Shown here one piece after another: positions 1 to 9,337 of a stretch of 64,000 nucleotides of DNA. Under the pieces are notes generated by a model. It was not told the DNA's origin. It saw only the letters and a list, made by a program, of their open reading frames with translations, and ran no database searches. The DNA comes from Akkermansiaceae bacterium (GTDB lineage Bacteria > Verrucomicrobiota > Verrucomicrobiia > Verrucomicrobiales > Akkermansiaceae): the NCBI GenBank assembly GCA_051251915.1, contig JBPOGF010000006.1, positions 117,285 to 181,284 on the forward strand, in the 5' to 3' direction. Made by a program: the position numbers and the translations under genes. The stretch's first letter is position 1. Every line of letters begins with the position of its first letter.

Positions 1-276
1 TAGGATGAGGAGATCATTCCATTGGATGCCTTCTTCCCAGAGTCTATGATGCTTGAGGAGGAGGTGGGTTTCTTCATCTGTGGTGGGCTTGATGAGGTGG
101 AAGGCCCTGAGGTCTTGTATGGTTTGGTCTCGATCTATGAGATTCCCTACGGCGAGTTCACCGATAATGAGAGGGTGGGTGGCTATGAGATCATGCTCGA
201 TGAGTTGGGTGATGTGAGGGTTTCCGTAGCGGAAATAGTTACACCATATGTCTGTGTCTACGAGGATGGATTTCAT
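1..276 (-). CDS. vapC: VapC-type PIN-domain toxin (3' end runs off the window; missing from the ORF track)
   Basis: Manual minus-strand translation from ATG at 276: MKSILVDTDIWCNYFRYGNPHITQLIEHDLIATHPLVIGELAVGNL...LWEEGIQWNDLLIL. It shows the PIN hallmarks ILVDT, VIGEL and GI.W.D and lies downstream of a VapB-like gene. Confidence 0.9.
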   Translation of the reverse strand, partial: MKSILVDTDIWCNYFRYGNPHITQLIEHDLIATHPLIIGELAVGNLIDRDQTIQDLRAFHLIKPTTDEETHLLLKHHRLWEEGIQWNDLLIL

Positions 277-342
277 TAGGGTAAGGAGTTTAAATTGAGG
301 GGCTTCAGCGACTCAGTTTCTTTAGTCAATGTTGTCATCGTT

Positions 343-543
343 TTAACGTCGATTGACTCTTTCTCCTCGGTTTGGAACGCTGAAATCTTGCATTGCGCCT
401 GATAGTCTGAGGATGCGTTTTTTGTTTTCTGTGGCGATGAGTAGATTAAGGGCTTTGGTGATGACGCTGGATGCGTTTTTTTCTTCTAGCATCTCGCAAG
501 CCTTGTCGAAAAGTTCATCGTCTATGGTGACTGTTGTTCTCAT
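343..543 (-). CDS. vapB: VapB-family antitoxin
   Basis: 66 aa; the MRTTVTIDDEL N-terminus is typical of ribbon-helix-helix VapB; directly upstream of the PIN toxin. Confidence 0.9.
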   Translation of the reverse strand: MRTTVTIDDELFDKACEMLEEKNASSVITKALNLLIATENKKRILRLSGAMQDFSVPNRGERVNRR

Positions 544-549
544 GCATTA

Positions 550-577
550 ATTGTAGCATCATTGATGATTTTGTCGA
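550..577 (-). promoter_or_regulatory. Putative sigma70 promoter of vapBC with operator palindrome
   Basis: Minus strand TCGACA-16 nt-TACAAT (extended TGn -10), 6 nt before the vapB ATG. The spacer contains the palindrome ATCAT-TG-ATGAT (558-569). Confidence 0.6.
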
Positions 578-910
578 TGATGTCTGAGGTTTTTTCGCTG
601 CTATTTGGTAGAGTGGATTGATGAAACGTGAATTTATGGAAATATGGGCATTTAAGTGTAAAGAAAGTGGTGCTTTGTTTGCTTTTCAATGTTGTTCTAG
701 TTAGAAATCAAACATTTGCATATAAGTATCTTATCATAAGTAATTTATCGACTGTGTCTATAGTTGCATCTGGTGGTGTATGGAGATTATGTTTGTTCTT
801 GGGTTTTGATTTGACGGTAGGTAATGAAGGAGATATGTTTTTTATAACTTACATGGTTTATTGCTACTTCTGGACGAGATGGCGGCTGTGTTGATTACAT
901 TATTTATTTT

Positions 911-1366
911 ATGAACTATTTATTGAAACCTGTTATGCTTCTTGTTGTTTTTGCCTCTGTAGCTTTTGGGAAGGTGCCACGTGGGTATGATGCTACTTCG
1001 GAATTTGAGGAAGTGAAGGCTGAGGCGATTACTAAGAAAAAGTTGCTGACGATTGTATTTAAAGGGAGTGATGATCGCTGTCCTAATTGCGCGGCTACGA
1101 TGGAGAACGGTGAGAAGGCGGCTAAGTCTTCTTCAAAGATGTTGTTTACGAGAGTGGCGGCTATAAGGAGTAATAAAACTGGATTGCCTAAGGAGATATT
1201 GTCTCAGGTGGGGAATTTGTCTGATGGAGCGTCTGTGCATTTTTTAGTGTTTAATCCCAATGATTTGAAGTTGGTGGCTAAGGGTGGTCGGACTGAGTTG
1301 CAGAGTAATAAGAAGAGCATTAAGGTGTTTAAGGATGCTGTTAGGGCTGCTAAAAAGGAGTTGTAG
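911..1366 (+). CDS. Secreted thioredoxin-fold protein
   Basis: Signal peptide; KKKLLTIVFKGSDDRCPNC resembles the Thioredoxin_7-like 'K.ll.vF.GSDWC..C' motif. Confidence 0.7.
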   Translation: MNYLLKPVMLLVVFASVAFGKVPRGYDATSEFEEVKAEAITKKKLLTIVFKGSDDRCPNCAATMENGEKAAKSSSKMLFTRVAAIRSNKTGLPKEILSQVGNLSDGASVHFLVFNPNDLKLVAKGGRTELQSNKKSIKVFKDAVRAAKKEL

Positions 1367-1380
1367 TTGGGATTTTTTAC

Positions 1381-1417
1381 CACGAATCTACACGAATTTT
1401 CACGAATTTTCACGAAT
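1381..1417. repeat. Short tandem repeat (CACGAATnnn x3.7)
   Basis: cacgaatcta cacgaatttt cacgaatttt cacgaat. Confidence 0.9.
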
Positions 1418-1433
1418 GGTGTACGATGTAACA

Positions 1434-1458
1434 GGGTAATGGGTAATGGGTAATGGGT
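1434..1458. repeat. Heptamer tandem repeat (GGGTAAT x3.5)
   Basis: gggtaat gggtaat gggtaat gggt. Confidence 0.9.
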
Positions 1459-1663
1459 TTTGAGCCGCTAAATGGCAGTGAATTACGCTTAGCATGCACG
1501 ATGGGGCAGTTTATTGTTCCTTAGCTTGATAGCCTTGGTAGGAAGGGGTGGTTTTGCTGTTGACGGAACTTGGCTGCTAGTCTATGGATGAGTGGACCTA
1601 GCTGATACGAGTTTGTCGATCAGGGGGTTCATCTCATTTTAACAACAAATCTAAACTACTATT

Positions 1664-1861
1664 ATGGCCACTACACTACAACGTAACACCAACAGAAGCC
1701 GTCCTTCAAAATCAGCAGGAGCAAAAGCTAAGCGCACAAAAGTGCAACGCCGTCGCCTTGTTGATCTAGGCATGGATGCAGCTGCTGTGGAGCTATTGAA
1801 CTCAACTGAAGTTCGCACACTTCTTAAGCACCCTAAGAAGGTTGCTGCTCAGAACGCGTAG
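1664..1861 (+). CDS. Small basic hypothetical protein (possible RNA/ribosome binder)
   Basis: 65 aa, K/R-rich, A-rich translation-initiation context, followed by a terminator. Confidence 0.8.
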   Translation: MATTLQRNTNRSRPSKSAGAKAKRTKVQRRRLVDLGMDAAAVELLNSTEVRTLLKHPKKVAAQNA

Positions 1862-1904
1862 TATTTCTTTTAACTTTACCTGGTCTTAGTGATTAGGCAG
1901 ATAT

Positions 1905-1950
1905 ATCCCCATGTTGCTTTGAGTTTTCGGAGTGCGTGGGGATTTTTTTT
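1905..1950 (+). terminator. Intrinsic terminator
   Basis: Stem ATCCCCATGT...GCGTGGGGAT followed by a T-run; lies between convergent genes. Confidence 0.75.
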
Positions 1951-1966
1951 GAGTCCTTTTCGAGTA

Positions 1967-2635
1967 TTATTGAAGATTACCTTCTTCTTCAAGTGCTTCC
2001 ATTACTTTGAGAGCTGCGTAGGCGTCGTTGGCTGCGTAGGTTAGTTGACGGGGGCTTAGTTCTTGGAGTCCCCAGTTACTGGTGGTGGTGGATTTGGATT
2101 TCTTGAAGCACTGCTTGAGTATTATGCCTATGGCTCCGCGCACGCCGACCTGTCCTCTGTAGCCAAGTTTGCGGAATGTCTGATCAAGGTCGAGTGTGTG
2201 GTCTAGGGTGATTCCTAATCGATGTTTAATCTGTCCACGGTCGTTTTTTAGCCCGAAGCCTACCTTGAGGACATGCTTGGATGCGATGATTTTAGCTGCT
2301 GCTTTCTCGCATTCACTGTGGTGGAGCTGAAGGATGTAGGCTTTGTCAGTGAGGGCAAATTGCACGACGTGAGGACCTTCACTTTTCTGTCCTTTTCGGA
2401 AGGTGGGTTTGGCTTCAGTATCGAAGCCGCAAGTTCCAGCAGCCATTATTTCGTCAACTGCATCCTGACATTCGTCTTTGGTTCGGGGAACTAGGATTTG
2501 GTGGAGAGAGACCCCTGTGAAGGTTGGTAAGAGTGCGGTCTCTGCTTTTGTCGGGCCTTGGATCTTTGGGTTAGTGCTTGGTGCAGGTTTGTCTGTGCGG
2601 GGACGGTTTTGGGAATGTTGTTTGGGTTTACTCAT
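1967..2635 (-). CDS. 3'-5' exonuclease (DEDDy, RNase D/WRN-like)
   Basis: ExoI GFDTE, ExoII G..ND, ExoIII YAANDA and the SNW...L...Q motif. Confidence 0.9.
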   Translation of the reverse strand: MSKPKQHSQNRPRTDKPAPSTNPKIQGPTKAETALLPTFTGVSLHQILVPRTKDECQDAVDEIMAAGTCGFDTEAKPTFRKGQKSEGPHVVQFALTDKAYILQLHHSECEKAAAKIIASKHVLKVGFGLKNDRGQIKHRLGITLDHTLDLDQTFRKLGYRGQVGVRGAIGIILKQCFKKSKSTTTSNWGLQELSPRQLTYAANDAYAALKVMEALEEEGNLQ

Positions 2636-3287
2636 GTTGTTGCTGTAGATGATGCTTTAAAATCTTTATCGCCTCAAGAACTTATAGTGAATGAATAGCT
2701 TCTTAAATCATGAAAGATCCAGAGTGATGAATTACCCTTCATTGGCATTTAAGAATTTCAACAACATCTTAGATCCATCCGTCAGTCCCTAGCCAGCGGT
2801 AGCAAGTGCAGGGTCAATCAGTTAAACTCTGGTTTCTACTTTGTTCCTGATTTCAGGGGAGGATGCGATCGACATATCGATGTTGAAGTGGAAAGAAAAT
2901 GCCATTTTGTTTACATGTGAGCATGGAAAACACCAGATATGTAAAGAAATGAGTGAAACCTTTATGCTTGGAGCAAGGCCGATCTAGCTATGCGCCGTTA
3001 GTTTCGATCGTAAACCTGGACTCCTATGAAATACTGGATTGCCTTTAAGCGACGCTTAAAAATTTCTTAAAATCATTTAATAGATTTAGTGGGTTTAAGG
3101 GGATTCTTAAATTCATTTAAAACGATAACTAGTGGATGAATAGCTGATAATAGTCTCTGAAGTAGAAAACACAGATTTCTCTGTTGTCCTGTGAGTTCGT
3201 ATAAAATGCCTTGATCTTGTAGAAGCGAGATAAGACGGGTCAGAGTTGACTAGGTTAAACTCCAATTTTTGAATGAGTTCTTGTGAG

Positions 3288-6200
3288 CTAATAGCGTGCA
3301 ATTTGTTCTCTTATAAGGTAGGCTTCTGGATGCCCTAAATCTATTAGGAAATCCAGTATATCACGAACGGACTGCCAATTTTTCAAGTCTTCTTTTTGGA
3401 TTTGCTGATTGGCAATATTATCCTTTAGTAGAGTGAGAAGCATTTTTTGAATATCTCCTCCAAGGAGGTTTAATCCGATTTTGTTTCGTCCAAGTGCTAT
3501 TGTTTTTGCTAAGTAACTCCATTCTGAGGGTAGTAAATCTCCTCCGACGGTATATAGAAATCGGATAAATGGTGATAATCCTACTAAGTTAAAACAATTG
3601 AATGCTTTCGAAAAATTATGTAGATGATTATTGATAGCTTCCCACTCTTGATTTTTCTTGAAATGCATGTCATTGAGGAAAATTGACTCAACGATGCTAT
3701 AAAGTGCTGAAGTCGCTTTTTTACTTTTTGAAGTGCTGAGGTCATCCCATATCGCAATTGCTGCTGAGATGTGTTGTTTCCAAATTGCCCAGAATACTTC
3801 TGTCTTTCCAGTCATGTCTAGTTGCACACACAAATCCTTTAGTAGGGATCCAGCTTGGTTTCCGAGATGCACGATTTGGTATTTAAAGAAATTATCAGTT
3901 AAGAACTTCTGAGCTTCAGAAATGCTTAGATTTAAAATGTGTTTTGCTAATTGTTGCTTAACGTCTTTTATTGTAACGTAACTATGTCTAATTGCTCCAT
4001 TGCTATTTCGCCATTCATCCATCCCGTATTTCCTATTATTCAAGGATCTAGATTCTCCTGCAATCGTCTGGATGAAAGCCCATTTGAAGATTCTGGATGA
4101 TAGTTTTCTGTGAATAGTCGATTCTCCAGAACTGACAGCAGCCATGACAGCGCAAAGCCGTTCTTCTTCTTCGTGGCCTCGAGGATAGTAGAGACTTAAA
4201 AACCTAGTATCCATTGAATCTTGTTGAATAAACTGGTTACGTAAATTTACTGTTTCAGACAAGATCTCTCGATGCATTGCACTTAGAGTATCCTGCCAAT
4301 TTTCATATTTAGAATCCTGGCTCAATGGACCACGAAAACTTAGCTCAGTATTACGGATAATTCTAGCGCTCAAGATCATAAGTGCTGCGGAAGTAGTCTT
4401 TAGTTGTTCATTTTCGCTAGAGCCAATTGCAAAGGCTGCTGCGAACTGGACAGGTTTTTCAGGTAGTGTGAGTGCTATACTCAATGCACTCAAGATATTA
4501 TGCTTTCTCTTATCACAGATTGGGTCTTCTATGGAGAGAAGAGTAGCAAATGCACGAGCTACCGCTGATTCAGCTTTCCATTGCTTGAGGAAGTGTTGTT
4601 GACTGTGGCTTGTTATTTCTGAATTACGCAGGAGGGTTGCTAAACACAAATCAATACTCCATGTCTTTTGTTTGTCGTGGAATTCTGACCATTTGTGAAT
4701 GATACAAACAGCTGCCACAAGAGTGGGGGTGTCGCCGTGCATGAATTTCTCTTCTGAATTAAGGCTGGACTCAGCCAATTGGTGAGCCCTTTCAAGCATT
4801 TCTTTCCATAGCTCAAGGTCAGGTTTGTTTGAGGGCATTGGCTCGAGTATTCCTATTGCCCACATTTGTAATTTGATGTGTGCCATGTTTTGTATAGAAG
4901 AGCCGGCAGTTTCTTCTTGGAACTGCTGAATTTCTGTTGGAGGGGCTTTGGTTTCCCACAAAACATGATTTGGATCGCCCTCATTTTTTTTTGCAACGAG
5001 GTTTCTGGCATCGATTCGGTGGAGAATTGTTTTAGCAAGCATCGATCTCTCAGATTGAGGTTGTTTTTGTATTACGCTTAGATGAGAATCAATAACCTTA
5101 GTGATAACTTGTCCTTTTTCTGTCAGCTGAGATTTTAAGAACAGATTTTCTAGGTCACTTCGTCTGTGTTCCATTTGGCTCATCATCTTTCTCTCTTTGA
5201 AATAGATATCTGATTGGTCGTCCCAAACACTCGATCCGCTAGTAGTCCGATCATTCATTAGTCGATGACGGTCTAGGGAAGAGAGAGTGATAAAATCTGA
5301 TTCTAAAATTGCTGCGGTGATTTTAGTGCAATCCCACCAATATACTTGAGCAACGGATGCTGCCACGGAAGTAATAGCTAGGTTACGGGAAGATAGAATC
5401 AAGCCAGTTAGTATGGTTTCTAGTTGCTCGGGGTTTGTTGCACCCACCTCTTCGATTAGCCATTTTTCCAGTGCCATGAGTGCGCTTTCTGTGAGTGGGT
5501 GACAAGGTGTATTTCCACGGTATGCCCGCCACCACGCTTGATCTCCCATCTGAGAGACAGTAGTTTCTTCGATGCTGATTTCTAATTCATATGCTTCTGA
5601 ATAGGTAGTGCCATTCTTTACTTTATCTAACCAAGTTAAGGTCTCTTCGTGGACCAATCGTAAAATAAGCGCAATACCAAGTTTGTTACTGGATTGAAGT
5701 AATTGCAAAAATGGACCACGTATAGCAGAGGCATCAATAAAAGAAAGAGATTCTATTGAGTATGGATGTTCCTGAAAATAGTGTCGGTTTTTTAACCGCC
5801 TTTTTTGTGCTCTTCTAGTAATACCATAAGCATGCAAACATAGTTTAATCATGAGCCGAGGGTAAGCATTTGCTAGGGCCCATCCACGATGATTTGTTGT
5901 TATGAACCTTATCATGTTATCAGCTCTCCAGCCATTTTGAGAATCTGACCTATTTTTGCTCTTATTCCAAGTGACTGCATTCCGAAGTTCTTTTTCAAAA
6001 AACTCTTTTCCCAACCCCTCTGCTAAATGTGCGATTATCCAATAGAATTGGTTTCCGTCATCTCGTGTTCTATAATGCTTTCCGAGTATACTTTCAGATA
6101 TGGATTCATCCTCTGCGGATAAATTCCATATTGTTTTTGTTAGTTTAGATGCCTCTAAGAGTCCATGGGGTGAAGGAGTTTCTTTTGTGACTGCTAGATG

Positions 6201-8396
6201 CCAGTCAGTAAGAGCTTCAGTGATTTGTTTGACCTCGCTTCGAATAAATTCTTTTCCTTTTTGATTGGCGTATTCAAATAAAAGACTCCATCCATCCCCT
6301 ATTGGAACACGAGAATTTTCATTGTCAGATTCAATGTGTATAAAAGCTATTTTAAGAGCATGGTGTAACTCTTGAAATAAGCTAGCATCTTCAAGCTGGA
6401 ATATATGTGATTGATGAAAGATGACTGAATCAGGTATTTCAGCACTCAGTAAAGCTATAAATATTTCCTCTTTCCATGCTTTATTGAACGATGAATCACT
6501 AAAAATTTTTCTTATGAAATTTATGGAATCTTGATTTGATGAACTATCTAACAATTCTGAAAAATAATAACGAAAGGCTCTTCTAATTAGTGTATGTGAA
6601 CCCAACTCGTAGAAAAATTTTGCTGGGTTTTCCTTATGTTGGGTAAATATTCTTCGGACGTGACTAATAAGAGCCCAATCTTCCAAGAGATCGTGTGCTG
6701 ATCTGTATCTGTTAGGGTCATCAGGGTCTCTATACAAAAGTCCTTGATCGAATAGAAATTTTGCTGGATCTATATTGTTTTCTTTGGCGTAGAACCATGG
6801 GACACCTGACTCAAGTCTTTCTAGGCTTAACTGGATGAGAAATTCGTGAGCTTGAGGGGTAGCTTCTGCTTTCACTAGATGTTGCCAAATATGTTTTTTC
6901 CATTTTGTGATGGAGGTCCAACTGTCCAGATTTTTTAAGTCGTCATTGGATTCTAGGGTTTTAAGTGCGAAATCGAGCCATTTCAGGTTTCTGAGAGCTT
7001 CATTTATTTCGGTTTTTTTTAACCAAAGAGAAGGGATGTAGTGTATTTTCTCGAGTTGTGTTAATTCATCTACTGAAAGTAGGGGGACGTTCATAATTTT
7101 CCAGTCTTCGAACCACTTAGACTGAATGTGTGGCAAGTAGTAGTCTCGGCAAGTGGCAATAATATGCCATCTACGGTCACTAGAAATTAGTTGAAGAAGC
7201 TGTTCAAATGCTAAGAAGGAGCTTTGAGACTGAAAGACACGCTCTAAGGAATCGATTAAAATAACTTTATTTTCAAATGGTGTTGCATCCGCCCATTCGG
7301 ATGGGGAAATTTCAGAAAGTCCAATTGCTTCCAAAGCTGTATGTAGATGTGGGTAGTTGAATTGATCTGAAGAAAAACAATAGATGTTTTCAGGAAGGTA
7401 AAGATCTTCTGATACTTCGACAGCGAGACTTGATTTTCCACACCCTGGGGTGCCAGTTACCAAAGTGAATCTGCTTGAAGCAAGAAGCTCTTTAAGTTCT
7501 TTTTTTAAAGTTGTTCTTTCAAAGTTTTTACCTCCAACTGTACGCGAAATGCTGGCTCTATTGAAAGAACTGTGTTCTCGGATCTTTCTTAGCCAATTGT
7601 GGGCTGTGTCTGGGAACTCTGGAGAAATATCATATTCTCTTATTTTATCCTTAACATCGGGTAAGGTCATTACTTTTGCACGAGAGGTATCTTGAGATAC
7701 TTGTTCAAATATTGAATTGAAACAATTTAGAGCGGTGCTTTGTAGTTTATCTTTGCTTGCGAGACGCAGTAGACCAAGCGTGCGTTTTTTATCTTGGCTT
7801 TCCTCAACATCGAGGTCAAAGGTTAGGACGAAGAACGATTTTAAAAAGAGCCAAAGGTTTTCTTGACTGGGTTGGCTTCCTAATTCTTCGTATATAATAG
7901 CAGAGATTTCAGGAGGGATCTGGCGGATTGATTTTCTATGATATTGCGGAATTGAAATACTATTGGAAAAATCTTGATTATTATCTGAGGCTCTTGCTAT
8001 TTCAGTTAGTCTTAGTAAGTCGGGGATTTTGGGAGAACGGGTTGTAGATGCTATAAGTGCTATACAATCGAATGACTGGTTAAAAACTTTAGTGTTATTC
8101 CAGTCTGCCCATGACCTTGTGATTACTTCTTTGAATTCTGTATTGCCAGGTAAGGGAGAAATTGTAGTTTTTACTGAGCAAAAACATCGACTTCTTTGGG
8201 AGTTCTTTTTTGTCTCAAAGACTACGTCTTCTATCTTACATCCAAGGTGTTCAGCTTGAATATAAACTTTGTTAAGAGGATGTTTGAGTGGAGCTAGCGG
8301 AACTCCGGCTATGGATGAAGCTATGAATGTAGTGGCGATCCTCCTTTCAAATTCGGGACCTCCTCCTCCGCTAGAAAATGGTGGTGTAGTTTTCAT
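3288..8396 (-). CDS. Large STAND/NACHT-like NTPase with N-terminal PD-(D/E)xK-like domain (Avs-like candidate anti-phage protein)
   Basis: 1702 aa; Walker A GTPGCGKS, Walker B VILIDSLE, sensor IIATCRD and downstream HDLLEDW motif; N-terminal PFSSGGGGPEFE motif; long helical C-terminus; AT-rich relative to its flanks. Confidence 0.75.
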   Translation of the reverse strand: MKTTPPFSSGGGGPEFERRIATTFIASSIAGVPLAPLKHPLNKVYIQAEHLGCKIEDVVFETKKNSQRSRCFCSVKTTISPLPGNTEFKEVITRSWADWNNTKVFNQSFDCIALIASTTRSPKIPDLLRLTEIARASDNNQDFSNSISIPQYHRKSIRQIPPEISAIIYEELGSQPSQENLWLFLKSFFVLTFDLDVEESQDKKRTLGLLRLASKDKLQSTALNCFNSIFEQVSQDTSRAKVMTLPDVKDKIREYDISPEFPDTAHNWLRKIREHSSFNRASISRTVGGKNFERTTLKKELKELLASSRFTLVTGTPGCGKSSLAVEVSEDLYLPENIYCFSSDQFNYPHLHTALEAIGLSEISPSEWADATPFENKVILIDSLERVFQSQSSFLAFEQLLQLISSDRRWHIIATCRDYYLPHIQSKWFEDWKIMNVPLLSVDELTQLEKIHYIPSLWLKKTEINEALRNLKWLDFALKTLESNDDLKNLDSWTSITKWKKHIWQHLVKAEATPQAHEFLIQLSLERLESGVPWFYAKENNIDPAKFLFDQGLLYRDPDDPNRYRSAHDLLEDWALISHVRRIFTQHKENPAKFFYELGSHTLIRRAFRYYFSELLDSSSNQDSINFIRKIFSDSSFNKAWKEEIFIALLSAEIPDSVIFHQSHIFQLEDASLFQELHHALKIAFIHIESDNENSRVPIGDGWSLLFEYANQKGKEFIRSEVKQITEALTDWHLAVTKETPSPHGLLEASKLTKTIWNLSAEDESISESILGKHYRTRDDGNQFYWIIAHLAEGLGKEFFEKELRNAVTWNKSKNRSDSQNGWRADNMIRFITTNHRGWALANAYPRLMIKLCLHAYGITRRAQKRRLKNRHYFQEHPYSIESLSFIDASAIRGPFLQLLQSSNKLGIALILRLVHEETLTWLDKVKNGTTYSEAYELEISIEETTVSQMGDQAWWRAYRGNTPCHPLTESALMALEKWLIEEVGATNPEQLETILTGLILSSRNLAITSVAASVAQVYWWDCTKITAAILESDFITLSSLDRHRLMNDRTTSGSSVWDDQSDIYFKERKMMSQMEHRRSDLENLFLKSQLTEKGQVITKVIDSHLSVIQKQPQSERSMLAKTILHRIDARNLVAKKNEGDPNHVLWETKAPPTEIQQFQEETAGSSIQNMAHIKLQMWAIGILEPMPSNKPDLELWKEMLERAHQLAESSLNSEEKFMHGDTPTLVAAVCIIHKWSEFHDKQKTWSIDLCLATLLRNSEITSHSQQHFLKQWKAESAVARAFATLLSIEDPICDKRKHNILSALSIALTLPEKPVQFAAAFAIGSSENEQLKTTSAALMILSARIIRNTELSFRGPLSQDSKYENWQDTLSAMHREILSETVNLRNQFIQQDSMDTRFLSLYYPRGHEEEERLCAVMAAVSSGESTIHRKLSSRIFKWAFIQTIAGESRSLNNRKYGMDEWRNSNGAIRHSYVTIKDVKQQLAKHILNLSISEAQKFLTDNFFKYQIVHLGNQAGSLLKDLCVQLDMTGKTEVFWAIWKQHISAAIAIWDDLSTSKSKKATSALYSIVESIFLNDMHFKKNQEWEAINNHLHNFSKAFNCFNLVGLSPFIRFLYTVGGDLLPSEWSYLAKTIALGRNKIGLNLLGGDIQKMLLTLLKDNIANQQIQKEDLKNWQSVRDILDFLIDLGHPEAYLIREQIARY

Positions 8397-8404
8397 TCGG
8401 TAAT

Positions 8405-9331
8405 TTAATTTTCAGAGGATTGGAGGTTATTCTTCTTAACTAGGGCGTCTCGGATTTCTTTTAATATTGATTGGTTTTCTTCTAGTAAGCTAATAACTCG
8501 TTGCTGTTCGTAGGGAAGAATGGCTTCAATAGAATTTGGTAGTCCTGCTATTTTGCGAAACATGATAGTGTCATCAAGCTCGTAGGGATGTTTGTTTGCA
8601 AAATCGAAGTAATCGATCTCGAAAGGAATGTTGTGCTGTTGCATGCTCTGGCAGAGCTTTCCGATGAGTTTTACTGTTTCGGTTTTGAGCTGATGTTTTA
8701 TTGAATGTAGATTGTCTTTGGAGACTCCAGCTTTGGTGTAAAGGTTGTTGTCTATCCAATAGGCTGCCATTAAGAGGGCTCCCTCAATCTTGAGATCTGA
8801 TCTAAAGTCGTAAATCTCATCTAAAATCCTCTCGTTCTCGAGGTAAACGTCTGTCCACTGTTCTAGCTTGTCATAGTTATCCAAGAATTCGATCAAGATT
8901 GAGGCAAAATAATTATTTTTTTGGGTTAAAAACTTAACTGGGTCAGTTGGAGGAGATGGAAGAGCTATTTTCATTTTGTCTCTCAGAGTGAAGAGAACGA
9001 ATGAGGTATAAAGACTTGGAGTATCATGGAAAATTTCTCCTATTGAGGTTGCATAGCCATCTTCACCGTAATTAAGAGCCTCTAAGACTAGTGCTATCCA
9101 GGCATTTCGTTCCGCTGGATCTGGTGCAAAGAGGCTCCATTTAGTATTCTCATTTTCGTCAAAACCAGCTAGTCTAGCCAGTTGGTTTTCACGTTCATAT
9201 GGAAGTTGGTCTGTGCCATTTTTCCATTTTGTGATCTGTGCTCGGGATACTCCTAGCTCTTTAGCTAGCTCTGTTTGTTTCCAGTTCTTTTTCTTGATGA
9301 CATAGTTAATAAGTTTGGCTTGTGTCTTCAT
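8405..9331 (-). CDS. XRE-family HTH regulator with uncharacterised C-terminal domain
   Basis: QTELAKELGVSRAQITKWKNG helix-turn-helix; ends 8 bp upstream of the NTPase start, so probably the same operon. Confidence 0.85.
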   Translation of the reverse strand: MKTQAKLINYVIKKKNWKQTELAKELGVSRAQITKWKNGTDQLPYERENQLARLAGFDENENTKWSLFAPDPAERNAWIALVLEALNYGEDGYATSIGEIFHDTPSLYTSFVLFTLRDKMKIALPSPPTDPVKFLTQKNNYFASILIEFLDNYDKLEQWTDVYLENERILDEIYDFRSDLKIEGALLMAAYWIDNNLYTKAGVSKDNLHSIKHQLKTETVKLIGKLCQSMQQHNIPFEIDYFDFANKHPYELDDTIMFRKIAGLPNSIEAILPYEQQRVISLLEENQSILKEIRDALVKKNNLQSSEN

Positions 9332-9337
9332 AGAGAT

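Noticed and set aside
22..279. Plus-strand 85-aa ORF in the track
   Set aside because: It is the antisense shadow of the vapC gene on the minus strand.
723..747. Imperfect palindrome TAAGTATCTTAT-C-ATAAGTAATTTA, possibly a recombinase or dif-like site
   Set aside because: Only 9/12 symmetric in very AT-rich DNA and it does not match the XerC/XerD dif layout.
628..894. 88-aa plus-strand ORF
   Set aside because: AT-rich divergent promoter region, GTG start and no recognisable motif; probably spurious.
1204..1413. 69-aa minus-strand ORF starting MKIRENSCRFVV
   Set aside because: Starts inside a tandem repeat and is antisense to the thioredoxin-like gene.
1664..1861. Identification as the PVC superphylum signature protein
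   Set aside because: It lacks the RNVLKR.ERI motif I recall for that family; left as an unknown small basic protein.
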